Notes: a model not told the origin generated them from the letters alone. Counted from the stretch's first letter, positions 48,331 through 56,432 are shown. The stretch is 64,000 nt of DNA from an uncultured Gammaproteobacteria bacterium (GCA_963804465.1 CAWDQL010000011.1:3884-67883); one strand, 5' to 3'. Translations and numbers: made by a program.

Positions 48331-49934
48331 ACGCCCGCATGGTCGCACTGGTGGCCGGGGTCGGCTTCTTCTTCCTTGCGCTGGTCACCCAGGGTGTGCT
48401 GCCCTTTTTCGAGCCCTCGGCGACCACCAACCACGTAACGGCCGTGATCCGCAACGATCTCGGCCAGCTTAAATGGATGGCAACGTCGGCCACCGACTAC
48501 ACGCCCCTCGAGAACCGAGGCAGGCTCATCTATCTGCGCGAGGGCTGTTGGTATTGCCATTCGCAGTACGTGCGGCCGGTGACCGGCGAGACGCGTCGCT
48601 GGGGACCGGTGAGCGAAGCCGGTGAATATGCGTACGACGTGCCGCATCTGTTCGGTACACGGCGTATCGGTCCGGACCTGACCCGCGTCGGGCTCAAGTA
48701 CGGCGACGAGTGGCACCTGGCGCATTTCTGGGATCCGCGCATGCTCACGCCCGAATCGATCATGGACCCTTATAGGGGCCTGTTCGATGCACCGTCGGAG
48801 GCGGTGAAGATCGTCGCGAGAACACCCTCGGGGCAGACGCTCGAGCGCACTGCAGTGACCGAGAAGCTGTTCGATTTCGCCAGCAAGGAGCAGGTGAAGC
48901 TCACGCCGAATGCCGACGGCCTGCTGTTCGTCCCGCTGGCCGCACAGGGCAAATACCCGGTGATCTGGACGCCCAACAAGGAATACGCCGGCGGCAGCGT
49001 CAAGCTTGCCATCGAGACCCAGGATGTCGAGGCGCTGATCGCCTACGTGCAGAAGCTCGGCATGAACCGCGGCAAGTGGCGGGATCTGTTCGAGCCGCAG
49101 CTGATGGACGGGGCCGGGTTGAGCATGCCGCGCTCGCAGGAATGGATTGAGCATGGCAAGGAGGTCTACGAGCGGCGCTGCATGGGTTGCCACGGTGTGC
49201 ATGGCGACGGCAATGGGCCGGCCGCAACCTTCCTGTACAAGCAACGGCCGCGCAATTTCACCCAGGGCGTCTTCAAGTTCAGGCTGACCCAGGGGTCGCT
49301 CCCGACCGATGGCGATCTGCTGCGCACCATAACGCGCGGGGTGCGCGGCACCGCGATGCCCCCCTGGTACAATTTGCCGCTCAATGATCGGCTCGCCGTG
49401 ATGCAGTACATCAAGTACGTGCTGGCGGTGGACCGCTCCGATCCCACGAAGCCCCAGTCCTACTTCCTCGAGCAGCCGCCCGACGTGCCCTTGTATATCC
49501 CGCCGCCGCCCGCCCCGACCCCGGCCCTCGTCGCGCACGGCAAGGAGGTGTGGCAGAACGCGAAATGCTGGCAGTGCCACGGCACGACCGGCAAAGGCGA
49601 TGGCGAGAGCGCGGTGGGGCTCGATGACGACTTCAATTTCCCGATTCGCCCCGCGGACCTCACCGGCGGCCAGTTCAAATCCGGCTCTTCGGTGACCGAC
49701 ATCTTCAGGACCATCTCCACGGGGTTCAGCGGAACACCGATGCCCTCCTACCACGACTCGTTTCCGGATGCGGACCGCTGGGCGTTGGCTTACTATATTC
49801 TGACGCTTTCCGCCTTCACTGACCCGCTGACGGGAGAGCCGTTGAAGATCTCTGCCGCGGATCGTGTGGCACTGGACAATCCGATGCTGGAAACGCCAGG
49901 TCCAGAGCAGGCCTATGGACTCATACAACCTTAG
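48327..49934 (+). CDS. CcoO fused to a dihaem cytochrome c domain (trihaem subunit)
   Basis: The N-terminal 200 aa are CcoO-like (TM anchor, YLREGCWYCHSQYVRP, GTRRIGPDLTRVGLKYGDEWHLAHFWDPR, SIMDPY). The C-terminal half has CMGCHGVHGDGNG and CWQCHGTTGKGDG. 4-nt overlap with ccoN. Confidence 0.85.
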   Translation: MNARMVALVAGVGFFFLALVTQGVLPFFEPSATTNHVTAVIRNDLGQLKWMATSATDYTPLENRGRLIYLREGCWYCHSQYVRPVTGETRRWGPVSEAGEYAYDVPHLFGTRRIGPDLTRVGLKYGDEWHLAHFWDPRMLTPESIMDPYRGLFDAPSEAVKIVARTPSGQTLERTAVTEKLFDFASKEQVKLTPNADGLLFVPLAAQGKYPVIWTPNKEYAGGSVKLAIETQDVEALIAYVQKLGMNRGKWRDLFEPQLMDGAGLSMPRSQEWIEHGKEVYERRCMGCHGVHGDGNGPAATFLYKQRPRNFTQGVFKFRLTQGSLPTDGDLLRTITRGVRGTAMPPWYNLPLNDRLAVMQYIKYVLAVDRSDPTKPQSYFLEQPPDVPLYIPPPPAPTPALVAHGKEVWQNAKCWQCHGTTGKGDGESAVGLDDDFNFPIRPADLTGGQFKSGSSVTDIFRTISTGFSGTPMPSYHDSFPDADRWALAYYILTLSAFTDPLTGEPLKISAADRVALDNPMLETPGPEQAYGLIQP

Positions 49935-49950
49935 GCGAGAGGGGTAGGTC

Positions 49951-50127
49951 ATGGCAGACTACGAAATACTCGGCCCCTACGCGCTGGCAATCCTGATGGG
50001 ATTGGGCTCCATATGTATCTTCATCTGGGGAGTCATGGGTGGAGCCCTGACTGAGACCGACCGGGCAGCCCTCGACTTCTATTACGCGGAGATGGCAAAT
50101 GACCAATTCAAGGACTCACACACATGA
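49951..50127 (+). CDS. CcoS-like small membrane protein (58 aa, below the ORF-track cutoff)
   Basis: Hand translation gives MADYEILGPYALAILMGLGSICIFIWGVMGGALTETDRAALDFYYAEMANDQFKDSHT. One TM followed by an acidic tail, as in CcoS/FixS. The stop overlaps the next start (ATGA). Confidence 0.45.
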   Translation: MADYEILGPYALAILMGLGSICIFIWGVMGGALTETDRAALDFYYAEMANDQFKDSHT

Positions 50128-50315
50128 CGGGTCATGACGCTCCGAACGCCGGGCACGAGACGCACGACCTGCATGAATACGCCGGTGGCTACATAAAGGC
50201 GCGCGAAGGGATCATTCCGGTCTGGTTGTTGGTTCTCTACTTCGGGCTGTTCGCGTGGTCGTGCTACTACCTCGTGCACTACTGGGGCGGACTCGGGCCC
50301 GGTCGAATCGGGTAG
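50124..50315 (+). CDS. Stand-alone FixP_N-like (CcoP N-terminal) membrane domain
   Basis: 63 aa. HETHDLHEYAGGYIKAREGIIPVWLLVLYFGLFAWSCYYLVHYW resembles the CcoP N-terminal domain (HxWDG..E..NPLP.WW...F..T..F...Y). Confidence 0.5.
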   Translation: MTGHDAPNAGHETHDLHEYAGGYIKAREGIIPVWLLVLYFGLFAWSCYYLVHYWGGLGPGRIG

Positions 50316-50505
50316 TCGGCGCGCTCAATCGGGGGGTGTCCTGCGGGCTCCCGAGCGGGTATCGGTAGGGTTTCTCAACCGGAGATCGAAGCTTTGCGCG
50401 GCGTCAAAATTCTGTTCGGGGTCGCGGTCATCAACCTCATGGTGTTGGCTTTTGAGCTCGCCATGAATGTGATCCGCACCGCACTCGGCTGAGAGGAACG
50501 CAACC

Positions 50506-50631
50506 ATGCTGGCTCAAACTGCATTCTCTTTTGCCAGGGCTAGCTCGCTGCAGGTCGTCGCGTTCGTCGGCTTCGCGGTCTTTATGGTCGGCTTCTTTAT
50601 CTGGGTCGCTTTGCTGGCGCGCAGAAAATAG
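50506..50631 (+). CDS. Possible CcoQ-like 41-aa single-TM peptide
   Basis: GAGAGGA lies 7 nt upstream of the ATG. MLAQTAFSFARASSLQVVAFVGFAVFMVGFFIWVALLARRK is a TM helix ending in W..RRK, like FixQ. The call rests on position and shape only. Confidence 0.3.
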   Translation: MLAQTAFSFARASSLQVVAFVGFAVFMVGFFIWVALLARRK

Positions 50632-50686
50632 CGGCCAGTCACCTGCCTTGCCCCGAAGGCGGGCGCTTTGTCGGGGCACATCGGCC

Positions 50687-51418
50687 ATGACCTACTACGC
50701 GCTGCTGTTCGTCGCCGGCATCGCGGGCAGTTTTCATTGCATCGGGATGTGCGGAGGCTTTGCCTGCGCACTGGGGGGTGATCCGCGCGGACCCGGCGCC
50801 ACCGCCGTCCGTCATGCGCTCTACAATACCGGAAGGTTGACCACCTACTGTTTCCTGGGAGGGCTCGCCGGCGGCCTGGGCTGGGCGATCTACATGTGCC
50901 TGGGGACAAGGTCGCAACTGGGAATTCCGCTCCTCAGCGAGTCGCTCAACGCTGCGCAGCGGGCTCTGGCCGTGATAGCCGGGCTCCTGATGATCCTCAT
51001 GGCGCTGCAGTTCTTCGGCTTCCGAGGCTTGCACCGCGTCGCGACCGGATTCGGCGGCTCGACGCTCGTCATCGCGTTGCGGAGCCTCCTCACCAGGCGG
51101 GGTCACGGCGCGCCGCTTGCCTTCGGTGTGCTCAACGGCTTTCTGCCGTGCCCCCTGGTCTACGCCATGCTCGCCCAGGCCGCGAGTACCTTTGACGTCC
51201 TGTCCGGCTGTCTCACCATGGCGGCGTTCGGTCTGGGAACCTTCCCGACCATGCTCGCCATGGGCGGACTCGGCCGGCTGCTTGCGCCCACGTGGCGGCA
51301 GCGCGGCGTCCGGCTGGCTGGGAGCTTCATCCTGGCACTGGGGCTCGTCACGCTCGGCCGGGGCATCGTCCCGATGGCGGCCGGCCACGGCCTGCACCAC
51401 CTCTGGCATTTCGCATGA
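50687..51418 (+). CDS. DsbD_2/TauE-like membrane protein with HCxxMCGG motif
   Basis: Start at the ATG at 50687. FHCIGMCGGFACAL and GFLPCPLVYAML motifs, 6-7 TM. The stop overlaps the ATPase start (ATGA). This family is commonly found next to ccoI/ccoS. Confidence 0.65.
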   Translation: MTYYALLFVAGIAGSFHCIGMCGGFACALGGDPRGPGATAVRHALYNTGRLTTYCFLGGLAGGLGWAIYMCLGTRSQLGIPLLSESLNAAQRALAVIAGLLMILMALQFFGFRGLHRVATGFGGSTLVIALRSLLTRRGHGAPLAFGVLNGFLPCPLVYAMLAQAASTFDVLSGCLTMAAFGLGTFPTMLAMGGLGRLLAPTWRQRGVRLAGSFILALGLVTLGRGIVPMAAGHGLHHLWHFA

Positions 51419-53607
51419 CGGCGCCTCCCGAGGGTCTGTGCCGCCACTGCCTGCTGCCGCTCGGGCGGCGTGGGTTTGCCCGCACCGTGAACGGCGAGAA
51501 TTGCCAGTTCTGTTGCTATGGCTGCTGCATCGCCTATCAGGTGAAGAGCGGCAGCGGCGAGGCGTCGGAGGCGGCGTGGCTCCTGGTGCGCCTCGGCGTG
51601 GGCAGCTTTTTGTCGATGAACATCATGCTGTTCAGCCTCTTAGTGTATTCGGGGGCGTTCACCGGGGCCGACCGGCGCGTGCTTCCCACGATTCATCTGC
51701 TACTCTGGGGGCTCGCGACGCCGGCGGTAGTGATCCTCGGCGAGCCTTTTCTGCGTGAGACTTGGTCGCAGGCTCGGCGCGGGCAGTTGAGCTCGTCCGC
51801 GCTCATCATCCTCGGCTCGCTTGCCGCTTACATCTATTCCACTCTCGCAGTCTTCCGGCTGGGCGGCCATATTTATTTCGATACCGCCGCGATGGTGCTG
51901 ATGCTGTTTACGCTCGGCCGCTATCTCGAAGCGGCAGGGCGCGCGCGGGCGTCGCGCGATCTCGCGCCGCTGTTGGCTGCGGAAAGCGAATCGGCCACGG
52001 TGGTTGAAGGGGTCGAAGAGCAGCGCCGGCCGGTGCGGGAGGTGCGTGCTGGGATGCTGGTGCGCGTCAAGCCGGGCGAACGGATCCCGGTCGATGGCCT
52101 GATCGTGGATGGCTGCTCGCATACTGATGACTCAGTCATCAGCGGCGAGAGCAGGCAGATCGCGAAGACGGTCGGCGGCTCGGTCCTCGCAGGCAGCATC
52201 AATCTTGACGGTCCGTTGCTGATCCGCAGCAGCGGCTCTGGAGACGAAAGTCGCTGGGCACAGATCTGCCGGTCGGTCCGAGACGCTTTACGGCAGTCGA
52301 GCCGCACGCAGCGTATCGCCGATCGCGTCGTGGGCGCGTTCGTGCCGTTCGTGCTCGCCCTCGCCGGCGTAACCCTGGCTTTTTGGGCACAGCGCCTGCC
52401 GCTCGATCAGGCGATGCTCGCTGCTCTCTCGGTGCTGGTGGTGGCCTGTCCGTGTGCGGTCGGCCTGGCCGCCCCGATGGCGCACTCGCTCGGCATCGGG
52501 CAGTTGGCCCGACACGGTTGCCTGGTCCGCAGTCCGGGCGCGCTCGAGGCACTGGCCGTCACGCGCCTGATCGCCTTCGACAAGACCGGGACGCTGACTC
52601 TGGGCTGGCCGCAGCTCGTCGATCTTGCGATCGATGGGGTAGGGGAGGATGAGGTACTCGCCCGGCTGGCGGGTCTGGAGCGCCATTCCGAGCATGGCTT
52701 GGCGCGTGCCATCGCTCTGGCAGCCAGCGCGCGCGGCCTCGATCCGATCGCCACCGAGGATGTCCGAATCGTTCCCGGACGCGGCTTGCGCGGCGTTGTC
52801 GATGGCGAGTGGGTCGCCGCCGGGAGTGCGGCGTTGATGCACGAGCTGGGCTGGCCGCTGCCGCCGGCCCTGGTCGAGCGCGCCGAGGCGATGGCGACGA
52901 GCGGCCATTCGGTGGTGTTCATCGGTTGGAGCGAGAAAGCCTGCGCCGGGCGGGCCCGAGCCGCGCTGTCGTTCGACGACACGCCGCTCCCCGAGGCGCG
53001 AGCCACCATTGAGGCATTGCGCGCTCTCGGAATCCGGGTGATGTTGCTGACCGGCGATCACGCGGGTGCAGCCGCGCGTGTCGCGGCCACGGTCGGCGTG
53101 GACGATTGGCAGGCCGGCCTCCTGCCGGAGGCCAAACGGATCGCTCTCGATCAATGCCGACCAAGCCACGGCGCCGTGGCGATGGTCGGCGACGGCCTGA
53201 ATGACGGCCCCGGACTGGCGTGGGCGGATGTCGGCATCGCCGTTGGCTCGGCGACCGATCTGGCACGCGAAACCGCCGATCTGGTGCTTCCTCGGGGCGG
53301 CCTCTGGCTGCTGCCCTGGGTGGTCGGCCGGGCCCGTGCGGTGCGTGCGAGTATCCTCAGCAACCTGGCATGGGCATTCGGCTACAACCTGATCGCACTG
53401 ACCTGCGCCGCGCTCGGGCTGCTGCAGCCGATCCTGGCGGCGGCTGTCATGGCCGGTTCGAGTCTGTTGGTCGTGCTGAACTCGCTGCGCCTGGAGCGAC
53501 TTCCCGGGCCAAGTTATCCGAGCGCGCTGCAGTCATCTGCGGCCGAGCGAGCGGCGAGTGAGCCGCAGCCTAGAGAGCAAGCCCCTACTTTCAAGGCAGC
53601 GGCTTGA
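51415..53607 (+). CDS. ccoI: CcoI/FixI-type copper-translocating P1B-ATPase
   Basis: N-terminal Cys cluster CRHC...CQFCCYGCC, TM CPC (VVACPCAVG), DKTGTLT and GDGLNDGP. Confidence 0.85.
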   Translation: MTAPPEGLCRHCLLPLGRRGFARTVNGENCQFCCYGCCIAYQVKSGSGEASEAAWLLVRLGVGSFLSMNIMLFSLLVYSGAFTGADRRVLPTIHLLLWGLATPAVVILGEPFLRETWSQARRGQLSSSALIILGSLAAYIYSTLAVFRLGGHIYFDTAAMVLMLFTLGRYLEAAGRARASRDLAPLLAAESESATVVEGVEEQRRPVREVRAGMLVRVKPGERIPVDGLIVDGCSHTDDSVISGESRQIAKTVGGSVLAGSINLDGPLLIRSSGSGDESRWAQICRSVRDALRQSSRTQRIADRVVGAFVPFVLALAGVTLAFWAQRLPLDQAMLAALSVLVVACPCAVGLAAPMAHSLGIGQLARHGCLVRSPGALEALAVTRLIAFDKTGTLTLGWPQLVDLAIDGVGEDEVLARLAGLERHSEHGLARAIALAASARGLDPIATEDVRIVPGRGLRGVVDGEWVAAGSAALMHELGWPLPPALVERAEAMATSGHSVVFIGWSEKACAGRARAALSFDDTPLPEARATIEALRALGIRVMLLTGDHAGAAARVAATVGVDDWQAGLLPEAKRIALDQCRPSHGAVAMVGDGLNDGPGLAWADVGIAVGSATDLARETADLVLPRGGLWLLPWVVGRARAVRASILSNLAWAFGYNLIALTCAALGLLQPILAAAVMAGSSLLVVLNSLRLERLPGPSYPSALQSSAAERAASEPQPREQAPTFKAAA

Positions 53608-53770
53608 AATTGCCCACACCCGGGGAGAGAGCGCCCCCACGACCGGAGACGCAAGTCCTTGCGTGCGCGTTCTTGGTTGCGAGCGAGCGGTCGGCTCCGG
53701 TGATGCGCCGGCCTCGGTGTACCCCCGGGGCCCGGCAGGGCGCTAGGACCTAACGAGGAGAGCGGAGACT

Positions 53771-54361
53771 ATGAAGCGGTACTTGCTGGCATTTTGCCTT
53801 GCCGTTTTTCCCGCGGCGATTTGCGCCCAACAGGCAGATCCCTGTGCCGGATTGGTGGGCGTTGCTCTAGGTCAGTGCCAAGCCAATCAGCAGAAGGTTC
53901 AACAGCAGCAGCTGGAGCAACAGCAACAACAACTCGCGCAACAGCAGCAACAGCTGGCACAACAGCAACGACAACTAGCAGAACAGCAGCAACAGCTGGC
54001 ACAACAGCAGCAACAGCTTCGAGAGCAACAGGAGCGACAGAACCAACTCAACGAACAACAACGGCAAAATCAACAGCAGTTGGACACTATGCGAGAGCAG
54101 AGTGAGGTTCTCAGTAAGCAAATGGAGCATGGGAAATCATCGAATCAATCTGTACAGCCAGCGGCGACAGATGATTCGAAGCGTCGAGAACTTAAGAGCT
54201 GGAAAGCAGACAATCCCTGGTACGGGACAGACTATGCTAGAACACAGCTTGCGATGCGCTATGCCAAGCAACTTCAACGCGAGCGGCCGGACCTGGTGGG
54301 TCGTCCCTTTCTTGATGCCATTTCAGCCAAGGTGAGGGACACATTCGGTCCAGGTCAGTGA
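53771..54361 (+). CDS. Secreted Gln-rich heptad-repeat (coiled-coil) protein
   Basis: Signal peptide MKRYLLAFCLAVFPAAICA, then six consecutive QQQLxxQ heptads (QQQLEQQ QQQLAQQ QQQLAQQ QRQLAEQ QQQLAQQ QQQLREQ). A non-repetitive C-terminal ~70 aa follows (WKADNPWYGTDYARTQLAMRYAKQL...). Confidence 0.6.
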   Translation: MKRYLLAFCLAVFPAAICAQQADPCAGLVGVALGQCQANQQKVQQQQLEQQQQQLAQQQQQLAQQQRQLAEQQQQLAQQQQQLREQQERQNQLNEQQRQNQQQLDTMREQSEVLSKQMEHGKSSNQSVQPAATDDSKRRELKSWKADNPWYGTDYARTQLAMRYAKQLQRERPDLVGRPFLDAISAKVRDTFGPGQ

Positions 54362-54402
54362 GGTTTGGCCGACGACCACGGCCGATCTTCCGGAGAACTC
54401 TA

Positions 54403-54624
54403 ATGCGCGGCGTCGTTTTCGGAATGTGTGCACTTGCTGCGGCCGGTGTGTTCGCCACGATGTTTCTTGCAATCTGGAGCTCCCGTCGTGCGAGCGACGA
54501 AGAGCAGAACTTACACCAGAGTGTCGTCAGCGAGTTCGTATGGGCGGCGATTCCGTGTCTGATGCTCATTGCGGCCGCCATCTCAGCGGCAATCGCGATC
54601 ATCGCGTCCAGGGCGCCCAACTAA
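54403..54624 (+). CDS. Two-TM mini-protein resembling the COX2 transmembrane domain only
   Basis: MRGVVFGMCALAAAGVFATMFLAIWSSRRASDEEQNLHQSVVSEFVWAAIPCLMLIAAAI follows the TM1-loop-(h)E(i)xW(t)xIP-TM2 pattern of cytochrome oxidase subunit II. No cupredoxin domain follows. Confidence 0.35.
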   Translation: MRGVVFGMCALAAAGVFATMFLAIWSSRRASDEEQNLHQSVVSEFVWAAIPCLMLIAAAISAAIAIIASRAPN

Positions 54625-54661
54625 TAGCTCCTGCTTGGGGTGTCACGTTTCCGACGGCCAG

Positions 54662-54950
54662 GTGTCGCGCTGAGTAATCCGTGCACTGAATTTGCACGAA
54701 ATGACCACAAAAGAGGGAAACGTGAGCCGCTAGGGCACACTCAAGTGCTTGAATTACGCGCAATTTGGCTCCCCGGGTTGGGGCGCGGACGGTCGCGCAA
54801 GTACCTGAGGAGCAAGGAATTCCAGTCAGGCTTTCGGTGCGGCTACCCCTGTGGCAGCCCCGAGAAACGTGGGCTGTGACGATCCCGCGTGGGATAGCCG
54901 CCGAGCTCAGATCCTCGCGGTGTCACACGAGCAACTGCTTTTTGGTCTGA
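54662..54950. repeat. Copy C of the repeat family including its left arm (48-nt block shared with 29891..29938)
   Basis: The left arm gtgtcgcgctgagtaatccgtgcactgaatttgcacgaaatgacca spans 54662-54708. The core TGGCTCCCCGGGTTGGGGCGCGgacggtCGCGCAAGTACCTGAG...GGCTACCCC...GCAGCCCcgagaaacgtGGGCTGTGACGATCCCgcgtGGGAT starts at 54766. Confidence 0.6.
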
Positions 54951-55042
54951 CGCTCGCAGCGCGAACAGATGCCTGTAGGAACTTTAGAGGGGAATCAATC
55001 GGGCAGGTCTCAGCGCATGGCTTCAGGCACCTGCAGTCAAGC

Positions 55043-56359
55043 CTAGCCGGGGATAAACATCCTCACCGCGGCCGCACCCATGACCGCGGTCGCAATCCAG
55101 CCGAGGATGATGAGCGGCCGACTCGCGGTGTAATCGCCCATCACGGACTTTTTTGATACCAGCAGGATGATGACGATCATGAGGGGTACTGCGACGACCC
55201 CATTAATGACCGCGCTCCAAAATAGGGCCTTCATCGGGCTGATCGGCGAATATTGGATGCCGAGACCCACGAGCACGCTGACAGCGATGACGGCGTAGAA
55301 TCCGCGAGCGTCAACTGCCTTGCGTTCAAGACCCCAGTTCCACCCCATGGCCTCGCAAAGTGCGTAGGCGCCAGAGCCCGCGAGCACCGGCACGCCGATC
55401 AATCCGACGGCGAGAATACCTAGGGCGAAGAGTAGGTAGGCAAAGTTACCCGCGAGCGGACGAAGAGCGCTCGCCGCCTCCGCTGCAGTATTGATGTCGG
55501 TTATTTGCGCGACGTTGAGCGTCACGGCGGTCGCCAGAATGATGAAGTAGGCTGTGACATCCGAGTAGAACATGCCGCTCCAGGTGTCCCAGCGGATGCG
55601 GTGCAGTTCCGAAGCTGCGTGGCTAGCATCGCGCACGAGCGGTGCGCTTCCCCGTGCGGCCTGCATGTCCTCGACCTCTTCGGATGCCTGCCAGAAAAAC
55701 AGGTAGGGACTGATAGTGGTGCCGAATACGCCGACCACTACCGCGGCCGTGTTGGAATTCACTGTGAAGCGGGGCCACACCGTGCGAAGCGCCACTTCAC
55801 CCCAGGGGACGTGAACCGTGAAAAGGACGGCCGCGTAGGCCAGCAGCGCGAGCGTCAACCACTTCAAGAAGAAAACGTAACGGTGATAGGGGACGAACAC
55901 CTGCAGCAGCAACGTTCCGATCACCAAGAACCCCGTCATGAGATGACGATTGAAACCCGTGACCAGCTCTGCGACTTCCCCCATCGCAGCAACGTCGGCC
56001 GCGATGTTGAGGGTATTGGCGATGAGCAGCAGCAGCACGACGCCTTGGAGCACCCCGGGGGGAAACGCGGTCTTGATATTCGCAGCGAGTCCTTTCCCGG
56101 TGACCCGGCCGATGAACCCGCACATCGACTGGATCGCGGCCATCAGCGGGAAGGCCAGCGGCATTGTCCATAGCATGTTGAGGCCGAACTGCGCGCCCGC
56201 CTGGGAGTAGGTCGCTATGCCGCTTGGATCGTCGTCGGCGACACCGGTAATGAGCCCAGGTCCCACGCGCGCCAAGGGATGCTCTTTCAGGCGACTCCAA
56301 AGGACCCGGAGTGCGGACTGACGCTGCGGTTCATGGCTTCCATCTCGAGAGCTGCGCAT
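55043..56359 (-). CDS. NRAMP-family transporter with non-canonical metal-site residues
   Basis: 438 aa, 11 TM. The TM1 motif is GPGLITGVADDDPSGIATY (DPSG instead of DPGN). The TM6 motif is GTTISPYLFFW (T-x-x-S instead of A-x-x-M). Confidence 0.85.
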   Translation of the reverse strand: MRSSRDGSHEPQRQSALRVLWSRLKEHPLARVGPGLITGVADDDPSGIATYSQAGAQFGLNMLWTMPLAFPLMAAIQSMCGFIGRVTGKGLAANIKTAFPPGVLQGVVLLLLIANTLNIAADVAAMGEVAELVTGFNRHLMTGFLVIGTLLLQVFVPYHRYVFFLKWLTLALLAYAAVLFTVHVPWGEVALRTVWPRFTVNSNTAAVVVGVFGTTISPYLFFWQASEEVEDMQAARGSAPLVRDASHAASELHRIRWDTWSGMFYSDVTAYFIILATAVTLNVAQITDINTAAEAASALRPLAGNFAYLLFALGILAVGLIGVPVLAGSGAYALCEAMGWNWGLERKAVDARGFYAVIAVSVLVGLGIQYSPISPMKALFWSAVINGVVAVPLMIVIILLVSKKSVMGDYTASRPLIILGWIATAVMGAAAVRMFIPG

Positions 56360-56432
56360 AGGCTTAACTCTGACCAGGGACCCGTTCCATGGGGGTGCGC
56401 ACCTTGGGTTGGCGTGGCGTGGTCATCGTGAC

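Noticed and set aside
47850-49952. 700-aa ORF on the minus strand
   Set aside because: It is antisense to ccoN and the CcoO fusion, both of which have strong motif support. The translation is Arg/Gly/His/Ala-rich with no recognisable domain. This is a typical shadow ORF of high-GC DNA.
53895-54035. Periodic CAG/CAA repeat that could be mistaken for a non-coding tandem repeat or CRISPR-like array
   Set aside because: The period is 21 nt, in frame within a signal-peptide ORF, and encodes QQQLxxQ heptads. There are no spacers and no repeat-spacer architecture.
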